From positions 1 to 46,936 of the forward strand of contig JAHLWZ010000214.1 in assembly GCA_020536535.1 (NCBI GenBank): a stretch of DNA of 46,936 nt. Reading direction: 5' to 3'. Each line of letters opens with the position of its first letter. The stretch's first letter is position 1. The notes beneath the pieces were generated by a model that searched no databases, was not told the DNA's origin, and saw only the letters and a list, made by a program, of their open reading frames with translations. The DNA is from Pelomyxa schiedti (lineage: Eukaryota; Protista; Evosea). The translations under genes and the position numbers were made by a program. Below are positions 19,780-30,841 of the stretch, piece by piece.

Positions 19780-20200
19780 AGTGGTGTTGCACAGAGCCCA
19801 CCGAAAATACTCAAATTCCCGAAACTTCAGTGATTGAAACACATCCACCAGCCAGAAGGAGACCTGGCGATGTTCTGACATTACAGTGATGTTCTGTCTC
19901 AAGTAACAAACATCTCTTTTGTAAAGAACACACCAGACAGTGACGGGGGACCGCCGCCGTCGTCGGACCCCCCAATACGCTGCTACGTAGTCGGTGACAC
20001 CCCAAACATCGACACATTGTTCCTGTCGCTCATGCAGGCGGGCGTCTGCACGTTCCGCCACGCGCCAAATCCGCCACACACAAAAGCAACAGTAACCCGG
20101 ACCACGCCCGCGTCGGACACCGATGCGGCCCAATGCCTGGCGGACGATGCGGTGCGAGGGTGTGACAAAGTGACATTCTGGAACAATGAGACCACCGCAC
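19780..20200 (-). pseudogene. Degraded HxRCG-family relic
   Basis: Fragments TLSHPRTASSARHW...MFGVSPTT* followed by a stop, and FWLVDVFQSL in another frame. These match the family HPR, GVSP and (I/V)DVxxS motifs. Confidence 0.45.
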
Positions 20201-20217
20201 ATGACAAAACTGGAACG

Positions 20218-23200
20218 ATGAAAGTCGGGTATATCTTCTACCGATGTGGCAGGGATGACACGCTAGCAAAAGCTGCTCAGCATATTCTCACCGAGTACAC
20301 TCCTTTCCTTTTTTCTGTCTATTTCTAAGAAGCTTTACCACAGTGGCCCCAAGCACCTGAAAGGAGTGGTGCTCATGTTGCACACTGTTGAGCAATCCTT
20401 TACAAGTGACATTCTGCTCAAATTGCTGGACCCATCACCGATTGGTGCCGAACCTCCTCCACATGCCCCCCTTCTCATGGTCAACCTCAGTGCACAATGT
20501 GAAGAAGAAGTGACAGGACGAAAGCTACTTGGCACAGTTAGGTGGATTTCGATTGCTCTTGAGGTCTGTGAGCTTCCCCCCAACTTTTTTCTAAGCACTT
20601 ACCTTGCAGTTTTGTGCATTCGAGATTGTGAAGTGGACACCAGCAAAAAGTGGGGCAAACTTAGGTTCACTGTTATCGTTTATAAAAGAAGCCTCGAATC
20701 AACCAGCCAACCTGTATGCAGTCCCGCAGATGCACAAGACGCGCCTGGGCACAACAAGAGTCCCAAGGCCATTTTTCACTGCACCAGTGATTATGAAAGT
20801 CAACTCTGCCAGTGTCACAGAAGCTCACATGATCATGAAGCTAGTTTACGATTATAGTGGACACTTTCCAGGACTCACAGTGGAAATGGCCCTGAGGATG
20901 TGGGTGAGAGCAAAGAACTGGGCTGCTGTTGGTGTTGTGTGCCGTGCTCACTCTTTCACCCAGTTTGAAGCCATTGACCTTTCCCACTTGTCATTGGAAT
21001 CAGTTCCAGAAGAGTTGAGGGGATTGTCATTCAAGACACTCAACCTGTCAGACAACAAGATCACCAAGATTCCCAAATGGTTGGCTGAAATGCCCAATGT
21101 GATTTGGGGGGAAGGTCCACGTAGTATGATTCTCCATGAAGTGGAGAAAAGGAGAAATTGTGTGAAGATAGACACACACAAACTTGTGTTTGTTGGTGAT
21201 GGTGGTGCTGGGAAAACAACACTGTTGAAGTGCATGATGAAGAATCTGAAAAAATTGAGAACAAAGCACGTTCCCACAGGCCTTTCTGTGTATTACAATG
21301 TGAAGTTCAGAGACAAGACCAAGAGTTGGACTGTGTGGGACCTCGGTGTGTTGAAATCCTTTTCCATTCCAAAACACTCACGCAAATTACAGGAGGGGAA
21401 TCTCAGGAACTGTTTCACCCATGGTTCTTCCTCAGCAAATCAACATTCATCGTTGTCTTTCATTTTCTTGCATTGAGCACCGAAAAATTTCGGGAGCCCC
21501 GGTTGAATTATTGGTTGAATGAACTCTCAGTTGCAAGAAGCAGGGGTGACAAAACAAAGAGAACCATCATCCCTGTTGGAACTCACGTTACTGAGGAAAT
21601 ACTCAATTCAGTCAATTTTCATCTGGAGAGAATCTTCCAGCATGAAAGCATCCCGGTGGCATTCTTTTTGCAACTCAGTGATGGACAAGGGTGGAAGTGC
21701 TCAGGTGTACCAATTCAGAAGCAGCATAGTCCCAAAGGTGTGAATATGCTTTTGTCTCACCTGGAAACTGATTTGGCTGATTGTTCTGTTCCCCAAAGCT
21801 GGGTTGTTCTCAACAAGAAACTCACAAAATCAAGAGAGAAAGGGGGGATTTCCACGCTATCCTGGACACAGTTTGTTGAGCTAGCCTCCAGTTGTGGTGT
21901 TGCAACAACAGAGGAGTGTGCCCCCTTCTTGGCCGAAATTGGTACCATCATTCACTTCAGGTATCCCTTTTGGTTGCTGTCTCCCAACCACCCTGGTACA
22001 GCTGCAACACCAGGTCTTCCTGAGTTGGTCATTGTGGAGCCTCATTCCTTTTTGGTTCGTCTCCTTTCTGACCTCCGTTCGCGTTCCCAGCCAAATCTAG
22101 TAACCTCAAAGCCTGTGTTCAACTCTCAAACAGAACCAGCTCTGAAAACGATTATGTATGAATTCGGAGTCATCATTGAACATCATCTCCTTTCAGATTA
22201 TGTTCCATCAGCAGAGAAATATCTTTCCTTTCTCAACCCTCCCCACTCTACAGACAAGTTGTACAAATATTTCCATTCGTTCTGGCAGGCGCCAACAAGC
22301 CCCTCCATCACTTATCGCCTCAATGGGGTAGTGATCCAGTTCGCCCTGTTCCCGGAGGACCTATTCCTCAAGCTCATTTCGAGAGTTGCAAATGTTTACC
22401 CTGGTCAATGGGACCTACAGTTCTGGTCAAGGAGTGTTGTTTTCTTTTCAAACTCTGACCTTGGCGCACTTTTGTTCCTTACATGCAACGATGAAAGACT
22501 TACAATTTGCCTGAGATCAACAGACAGGGATGACTGGAGTGCACTCCAACGGAATGTGTGGACCTCCATTATAAGCACTATTCACAGTTTCTTTGATTTT
22601 ATGCATTGTCAATATGAGGAAACCTCGCAATTGTTTGATTGGGCTGCAATTGCAAAGGAACGCTCGCCTTGTCCTCATTGCTTGCTCAAAGGTCTGACTT
22701 CACAAGATTCCTGGCTCAACCCTTCCAGGTCAATTTTCCTACCACCCACTGCAGAGTGGAAAAGAAATGACATCCTTGGAGTCTTGAAATCCGGAGGACG
22801 AGAAATGCTCTGTGGCACACTGAAAATTCCCATTCTGAGCATTGCACCTGATCTTATACCGCGATTCGAATCTTGTTCCGGTACCGAACCGGTTACCACA
22901 GTCACCACACAACTCAGTGACATTCTTGGCCAAAGAGTCGAACAACGCACTACCTTGGAGGATCTGCTCACCACACTCATTGAAAAAGGGAATGGAACTA
23001 CGTCTGTTCTGGACCAAGTGATTCCGAATGGCTTGCGGTTGAAGATACTCAGGGATGTTGCCCAAGGTCTCGGGGACCTTCACAGACGAGACCCACCCAT
23101 CATTCACGGTAGAATTTCACCAGGTATCGGTCTCAAAATTCTTTATCTGACTCACAAACATGAAAGCTTACATCCTTGTTCTGTCTCTGGATGATTCTGG

Positions 23201-23829
23201 AACTGGCCCCAGGGCAAAGGTTCCAATCCCGAGCTCTTTTATTCTCTCACCAATCTCCAGATCATGGACTCTGACAGAGCGTGCACTGTCTTCTCTCACC
23301 GGACAAGAATTCCTGAATCACTTTCACGCGATGAGATGAAATTCGTTGCACCAGAGGTTCTTTCACACTCGTTCTTTGACACAAAGGCCGATGTTTGGAG
23401 TTTTGGTATATATCTCCCAACGTTTTCATCCACTCTGCAACTCACTATTTTCAATATATCCGGATTTTTCTTCCAGGAATGACTTCTTTGCTGACACTGA
23501 ACCCACTCAATCAACCATTCACACACATCACATCAAACCGCAAATATAGGTGCACTGACTACAACAGCCCCGCAACCGGCACCGCCACCACATCCCACAA
23601 TCGCAACAAATACCGGCTTGGACTTAACCAATATACTGTGGGCAGAGACCTCCTCAAGGGTGCCATCACTCCATTCCCTCCTTCCACAGCAGATAGCCGG
23701 ACCCACAATCTGGAGATTCACGACCGACTGAGGATGCAGATCGCGTCCCTATGTCTGGGCAGTAACCCAGACACCAGGCCCTCAATGGATAACATTGTAA
23801 AAATCTGGGACTACTTCCAGCCACCATGA
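20218..23829 (+). CDS. ROCO-family protein (short LRR, Roc GTPase, COR, truncated pseudokinase)
   Basis: LRRs IDLSHLSLESVP and LNLSDNKITKIP. Roc KLVFVGDGGAGKTTLL and WDLGG. COR VPQSWV, FLAEIGTIIHF, FPEDLFLKLI, CPHCL. Kinase C-lobe LRDVAQGLGDLH, HGRISP, APE, KADVWSFG, RPSM. 5' exons and start are uncertain. Confidence 0.8.
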
Positions 23830-23980
23830 TAATATTATATCATCAAGAGAAGATAGTTGCAAGCACACAACCTAATTTTTCCCAAAAAAAAGTTTTATGT
23901 TATGGCAAAGAAATGTGGGAGTGTACAATTTGTTTTTGCTTTGGTTGGTTGTTGTGTCAGCATATATATGTTGTCAGGGT

Positions 23981-24630
23981 CTAGTATCTGCGCTTAGAGT
24001 GCCGGCTTTGAGGGGACAGTGAAGTGTCACGGTGTGGCCTGTGGCTTGATGATGACGACGTTGTTGTGTTTGATACTTCGGATGATGCACCTCCTCCGCG
24101 GCCGTGGCGTCTGGTAGTAGAGGCACCGGCCTGGAACGCCCAGTCAACGTAGAGCGGCTGGCCCATGAACATAGTCCCGTTCATTACCTGTTGGGTAAAT
24201 GTTATTATTATTGGTATTACTGTTGGTGTTATTATTGCTTATGTGGCTTGTGCGGTTTGGTTTGTGGGTTGGTGTTGGATTTGCGGGAGTAGAAACCCTA
24301 ATGGCGCTCTCGGCTTCCTTCTTTGATTCATATTCCACCAACGCGTAGCCTTTTACAAAACCGGTGCGCCTGTCAAGAGGAAGAGTCAGGTTGCGAACTT
24401 CACCAAACTCCCCGAATTTGTCATGAAGATCATCCTCTGCTGCTTCCTTTTTTGTGGAGAGAAATAGTATTGAATTAAGAATTGTTAAATAAGCAGCGTA
24501 AGAGAAGTAGGGTGTACCTCGTTTACATTCGTTACAAACACCAACCATCCTTCGATTGACCTCCCTGGTCCACTGTCCCCCGATTGTTCAATTTCTTCAA
24601 AGTCCCCACCTTGGATACAAGTTAAAACAA

Positions 24631-24707
<77 letters not shown>

Positions 24708-25102
24708 ACAACAGCAACAACAACAACAACAACAAACAAAAAAGGGAAACAATAGGGTAAATAGGGTATATAGCATACCCTTTCCGGTGTATCTTCCATC
24801 GAGGTCGTTGCCCTCCACAATTCCCCTGCNNNNNNNNNNNNNNNNNNNNNNNNNNNNNNNNNNNNNNNNNNNNNNNNNNNNNNNNNNNNNNNNNNNNNNN
24901 NNNNNNNNNNNNNNNNNNNNNNNNNNNNNCAACAGCAACAACAACAACAACAACAAACAAAAAAGGGAAACAATAGGGTAAATAGGGTATATAGCATACC
25001 CTTTCCGGTGTATCTTCCATCGAGGTCGTTGCCCTCCACAATTCCCCTGCCTCTCTTTTTCATTCTGACCTCGGGCGCCACGTGCTCGTCCGTCGCTGCC
25101 AT
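23981..25102 (-). CDS. RBM8A: RNA-binding protein 8A / Y14, exon junction complex core
   Basis: KKRGRG...[18 protein letters not shown]|[39 protein letters not shown]...LYVDWAF. Three introns. Spans gap 24830-24929. Confidence 0.95.
24627..24735. repeat. (CAACAG)n/(CAA)n microsatellite inside RBM8A intron 1
   Basis: Direct reading. The polyQ/polyC/polyL ORFs in the track are just translations of this repeat. Confidence 0.9.
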
Positions 25103-25486
25103 CCCCACTCGTCGCAGTCACTCAGTGAAAAAAAATGTTGCTTGTGCTTTCCGGTTGTCAAAATCGCAAACACAAAGTGTGACCACGAGGTGTCGCACGC
25201 CCCTTGCTTGTTGCTCACTAAGAAAGAAGGGAAAAAATGATTTTTCCTCTCTCAGTCTTGTCCAGACTCCGATCTGCCTGAGCTGCCCCGTCATCTCGCC
25301 GCCTCGAGGCGGCGAGAGGGTTGTTGTCTCTCGGAGGGGAACAAGGACAAGATCCTGCCTCGTTCGGTGATTGCTGATTAGAACTAACAGATACCAGCGT
25401 TTTTTGTGGGGTACGACCGGGGTTTCATTGTGGTTGTTTGCGGGTAGTGCCAAGCGTTGCGTGTGTGCGGAGATCGAGATCTATCG
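25103..25486. promoter_or_regulatory. Putative bidirectional promoter between RBM8A and SMC3, with a central 24-bp perfect palindrome
   Basis: Head-to-head ATGs at 25102 (-) and 25487 (+). TCTCGCCGCCTCGAGGCGGCGAGA at 25294-25317. Confidence 0.6.
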
Positions 25487-28400
25487 ATGGTGTTTATTAA
25501 GAGGGTGTTGTTGCACGGGTTTAAGAGTTATTATGACCAGACGTCGACTGCCGATACGTTCCACCCTGGCTACAATGTGGTAGGTACGTGACCTCTCTTT
25601 TTTTTTTTCTGTCGCAAGAGTACGGTATCATCGATTTTAACCTCGGAAAGTTGGGGATAACGGATCCGGCAAGTCCAACCTCCTCGATGGTGAGTCTTCT
25701 TTCCTCCCCCCGGCCCCCTTTTTGGTTTCTCTCTTACTGTGTTAGGTATTAGGTTTGTTTTGTTCGATGAGAAGTATACCAACCTGCGAGTTGGTGAACG
25801 CAGTGCTCTCATCCACGTGCGTTCAGTTCCCTCTTCATTTTTTAGCAATCTCCTGTGATGACAACGTATAGCAACCACCAAGTGGAGAAACTTTACTGTC
25901 CGCTTTTGTTGAAATACACTTTGACAATTCAGATGGCCGTTTTCCTGTAGGCAATAATAGAATTATGACTAAATTTCAACGAATAGAATTTTTTCAAAAA
26001 TAACCCAAAAAACACTTCTAATGGTGAGATTTTCAGACAGAAGGTCAAGAAGTTGTTCTCAGAAGATCCATTGGTGCAAAAAAAGATGAATACTATTTAG
26101 ACAGAAAGCACGTAACGTACGATACCTAGCTGTGGCTTTATTGTTGTAAACTCTGGTAGAAAAGCTGATGTGGCAAATATACTGGAGAGTGCAGGAATAA
26201 GCAAAAGCAATCCATACTACATTGTTCAGCAATTCCGAGTTACGGAGCTCAGCCTCATGCGGGACTCAGACAGACTCGAATTACTCAAAGACGTTGCTGG
26301 CACAAGAGTTTATGATGAAAGAAGAGAGGAGAGCTCCAAGATCTTGCGTGACACAAGTTGAACTCCCGATTTGCCTTTTGTTTATTTACATCCTTAGAAA
26401 ACAAGACTGAAAATATTGACTCAGTTTTGAAATACATACAAGACAGGCTAAGAGAGTTGGAGGAGGAACAAGCAGAACTTGGTGAGTATGAGAAGCTCGA
26501 TAAACTGCGGAGATCCCTGGAGTATTGCCTTTACAATAAGGAGTACACCGAAGCATGCAATGAACTTCAACAGGTGTGTTTGAGACCAATGGATTCCCAG
26601 CTACCCTAAACTTTCCAGTTGGAAGAAAACAGAAGCAATAAATCGGAGAAAGCAGCCGAACTGACGGGACAGTTGATTAAACTGCAAGACACCATTCACG
26701 CCAACGAGAAGCGGGCTAAGGTTGTACTTGTACTTGTATTAGTAATGCACTTCTCACAACAAAAAAAGGAGTTGTCACGTGAATGTGCCGTACTGAATAG
26801 GGACAAGGAGGCCATAGAAGATGACAGGCAAGAGCTCATCCAGCGCAGAACTATTATCAATCTAGATGTTATTGATAAGAAAGAGAAACTAAGCCGAGAA
26901 ACAGAAAAGAGGGTATGTATGCATCTCTCCTTCTCTTAGTGTTTTACCACATCAGGATGCTTTGGATAGGGAAATTGAAGAAGTTGATGCACAGATAGCT
27001 GCAGCAAACAGTAAGCTTAAGAGTATAACCCCACTCTGTATTTCTGCAGCCCAGGAATATGACACTCTCAGAAAACAGTACTAACTTCCGTAATTTTTTC
27101 CGCGTTCACCTTATATTGTCAAGAATTGACGCCTCTGAAAGGCGGATTGCTGAGCTTTATGCTAAACAAGGTCGTGTTTCCCAGTTTAAGACTGTCCAAG
27201 CGAGGAATGAATGGCTTACACGTGAGATCACTGAAAATAAGAGGCAATTAGCAGCGAAGAGCCAGCAAGCAAGCATCTTGTTCTCCTCTGACACTTTTCT
27301 TATTGTGGTTAGCTCAGAGAGAGTGAAGCCGAGGCGTCCAATCTGAAGACGGCACTCGAAAAAGATAAATTGTCCGTTACTCAAGGGGACAAGAACATGG
27401 ATGAATGGCGTCAGCATATAGCTAAAGCAAAATCGGATATTGCAACACTTAAAGGAAGACGGGATGTACTTCAGAACTCAAAAAAGTACAAGAAGCTTAC
27501 ATAAATGAGCCAACCCGTAATACAAAAAAAAAGGGAACACCAACTTCTGTTATATGAAAAAACTTCAAAAGTTGGCAACATCACACACGAAAGGCAACGT
27601 GCTGAACGTTTACTTGAGGCTTCAATGAATAAGGTAGACTTAAACTTTGTGCCCTTTTCTTATAAATTGTTTTCCCAAATAAGGTTGTTAGTCAGGGATT
27701 AACTGCAATACAAAGAATCGTCAGGGAACAGCCAAAATACCGCTCGGACTCTCCAATCAAAACTGTGTATGGCCCGGTTATTGAAAACTTTGAGGTTCCA
27801 GATGAATTTATGACAGCAGTTGAAGTAACAGCGGGAAATAGGTTGGTCACGTTTAAGTCTACAAACTAAGTAACACCTTTCTCTTCCCAGTTTGTTTCAT
27901 GTAATAGTTAAGTCTGATGACATTGCTGCTCAGCTTCTCGAGGAACTAAACAAACGAAAAGTAGGTTCCTTTTCCGAATACCATAGCTCACATTTCAAAG
28001 GAAGGAAGAGTTACTTTTATGCCGTTAAACCGCCTGCTTGCAAAAGAAGAGGCCCTACCACAAACAAGTGATGTGGTACCTTTACTGCAAAAACTCACGT
28101 TTGCACCCGAGCTACGCCGGGTTTTCGTTCAGGTTGACTCAACTTCCCTCGAACCTCTTTCTGAATTTTCTTCTAAGCTTTTTGGAAGAACGCTTGTGTG
28201 CAGGAATTTGGAAATAGCACAGGCATTTTCCAAGAGCCACAACTGCAATTGCGTCACTCTAGACGGTACTTCTATTACTACATTTCAAATTGTATCTGAA
28301 TAATATCTTGCAGGAGACCAAGTTAACCGTCGTGGAGTTCTTACAGGAGGCTTCTATGATGTGCACAAATCTCGCATGAAAGCGCGAAACACAATCATAC

Positions 28401-30537
28401 AAATTGCTGGTCAAGCAAAAGAACTGGTGGAAGAGCAGCAGAAGGAACATGCATTGGTGGCAGGTGAGTTCTCTTCTTACGCAACATTTTTTAACATTTG
28501 AATGAGATATGGAACTAAAGCTGAACACTGTACTTGGAGAAATACAGAAGAAGGAAGCTGAACTGCAAAGAACGCTTGATGCATACCAGCGATTACTTGT
28601 TGACCAGGCATCACAAACAAAGGATGTTCAATCTCGTGCACAAATTCTTGACCAAAAGGTAAGTGCCTTCTTAATTATCTTTAACTTACTTTTATTTCTG
28701 CAGCAACTTGTGGTGTCACAAAACCAGGCAACCATTGCACAAATCAAGTCAGTGATTTCTTCCCTTGAAACTGAGGTTGTTTCCTTTACTTTTCATATCT
28801 TGTAATAACCCTTTCCATGTACGGTAAAAAAGATGAGTTCTCCTCTTCAATCTCAGCTCAGTGCAATGGAAGAAGAAGAGTTGCAGAAACTTCAGGCCCA
28901 GACCACAGAAGGGAAGTCAAAGCTTATCTCACTTGCTCCTGAACGGACAAAGGTCTGCAACTGCCTCCTGTTTACACACGCAAATAATCTCCAATAGCTT
29001 GAGAGTGAAATGATTGCTCTTCGTACTCTGCTTGATAATAACCTTCTGAAGCGCCAGCAAGACCAAAGGCAACAAAGAGTCAATCTTATCATAAGTGACA
29101 CAGAAGGAGCCTTACAGTCCTCCATCTCAGATCTTGAGAGTGCAACCGCCGCTCTTGAAACAGCAAACAAGCAACGTGATAGTAAGCAGAAACAAGTCAA
29201 CTATCAAAGCCTGACTAGGACTTGTAGGTTTGGTCGAAAAAATAGAGGGGAATTTGAAGAAGACACAAGAAATCAAGGAGCACACAGAAGAGCTGAAGCA
29301 GGAAGAGAAAAGGCACCAGGTACCAAAATACATCGTTTCCAAACCACAGTGATTTGACTCCAACACAGGCAATACTTTCTGAAGAGGCTCGGAAAACGAC
29401 AAAGCTTCTGACTAGGCACTCGATCCTTCAGCAAAAGAAAGAAGAAGGTGCCCGGAAAATACGAGGTAAACGAGGATTGTTCTCTGTTCCTATGACCTGA
29501 GAACCTCTAGAACTGGGCTCTGTTCCTGGGGATGCTGCACAGTATGCGGCTAACAGTAGGACAGAATTAATGAATCTTCTTCAAACAACGAACACAAAAC
29601 TCGCGTCATTCAGTCATGTAAACAAGAAAGCAAGGGACCAATATGTCATGTTCACAAAGCGTCAAGAGGATTTACAGGCAAGACGGAAGGAACTCGATGA
29701 AGGGGCCATTGTACGTTATTACTGCTTTTTTTAACTGTTTACTCAACATACCGTATCAGGCAATCAGAGATTTGATTGACCAACTGGATCAAAAGAAAGA
29801 TGAGGCCATTGAGCGAACTTTCAAGGGAGTCGCAAAGTTCTTCTTGGATGTATTTCAGCTCCTTGTTCCAGGCGGGAAAGCATCTTTGGTCATGCAAAGA
29901 AAGGATCTTCCCAATACTGAGGATTCATCATTGTCCTCCCAATCTCAGGGAGAAGCATCCCAAGCATCCCAGACACAATCCGGCAGACCCACTGCAAAGG
30001 GAAAGATGAGTGAGTATATTGGTGTAGGAATAAAGGTGATACCTACGTAACAAATGCGTAAGTCTAACAGTTTGTCTTCAGGTTTCATTTCCAGGAAGCA
30101 GTGAGGCCATTAACATGCAGCAGCTATCCGGAGGCCAGAAAACCGTTGTAGCACTTGCCCTTATCTTTGCAATTCAGGTATTGGTCTTCTCTTTATATTC
30201 TGCTTATTCATGGCTCACAGAGGACAGACCCGGCCCCCTTTTACCTTTTTGACGAAGTTGACTCATTCCTCGATGAAACTTACCACACCCGAGTGGCCGG
30301 TGTGCATCTTCTTTACCGGTTCGAATTTCCCTTCTTACTGATTTTCCAACAGACATGATCAAGGAGCAAGCAAAGCAAGCGCAGTTCATTGTCACATCGT
30401 ATCACAACGAACTGGTTGATGGAGCGGACAAGTGGTACCTTGCCCAGGTCCACAACAAAGCCAGCACAGTCACCGTTGTTGACAAAGCCACCGCGTTGCA
30501 GGTGGTCCAAGCTCGGAACGTTCACCCTGTGAAGTAA
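25487..30537 (+). CDS. SMC3: Cohesin subunit SMC3 (>25 short introns)
   Basis: [15 protein letters not shown]; Walker [10 protein letters not shown]; [16 protein letters not shown]; [11 protein letters not shown] (acetyl-lysine pair); SNPYYIV; [15 protein letters not shown]; hinge [11 protein letters not shown] and [11 protein letters not shown]; [11 protein letters not shown]; signature QLSGGQKT; [10 protein letters not shown]. Confidence 0.96.
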
Positions 30538-30695
30538 GCATAATAAAACAACAACTACTCCAAATTGAGACATACCACTGAGTTCTAACACAACCACAAC
30601 CACAGGCCCACTGACGACGAAGAAAGAATCGATGAAGATGAAGCCTAATCAACAAAGCCGCGGGCTTGATCCTGTTTGTTTTTGTAGGAAGAAAC

Positions 30696-30719
30696 TTATT
30701 ATAACTTAAGTTATAATAA
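30696..30719. repeat. Perfect 24-bp AT-rich palindrome in the intergenic spacer
   Basis: TTATTATAACTT|AAGTTATAATAA. Confidence 0.95.
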
Positions 30720-30841
30720 CAAGAGTTCCCAAAAGAAAAGAACAAAAAACCTTTGTCCATTGACAATACCAAAGGCCCGTTGTTGGGTTCCTCATCATCA
30801 AGAGGAGCCTTTCCCGTAACTTTCCGATCGATTCTCCGGAA

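Noticed and set aside
24485-25121. PolyQ, polyC, polyL and poly(VA) ORFs
   Set aside because: These are translations of an intronic CAACAG microsatellite in RBM8A.
30702-30714. Resemblance of ATAACTT/AAGTTAT to loxP ends
   Set aside because: The CGTATA arms and 8-bp spacer are missing and there is no recombinase nearby, so this is coincidental.
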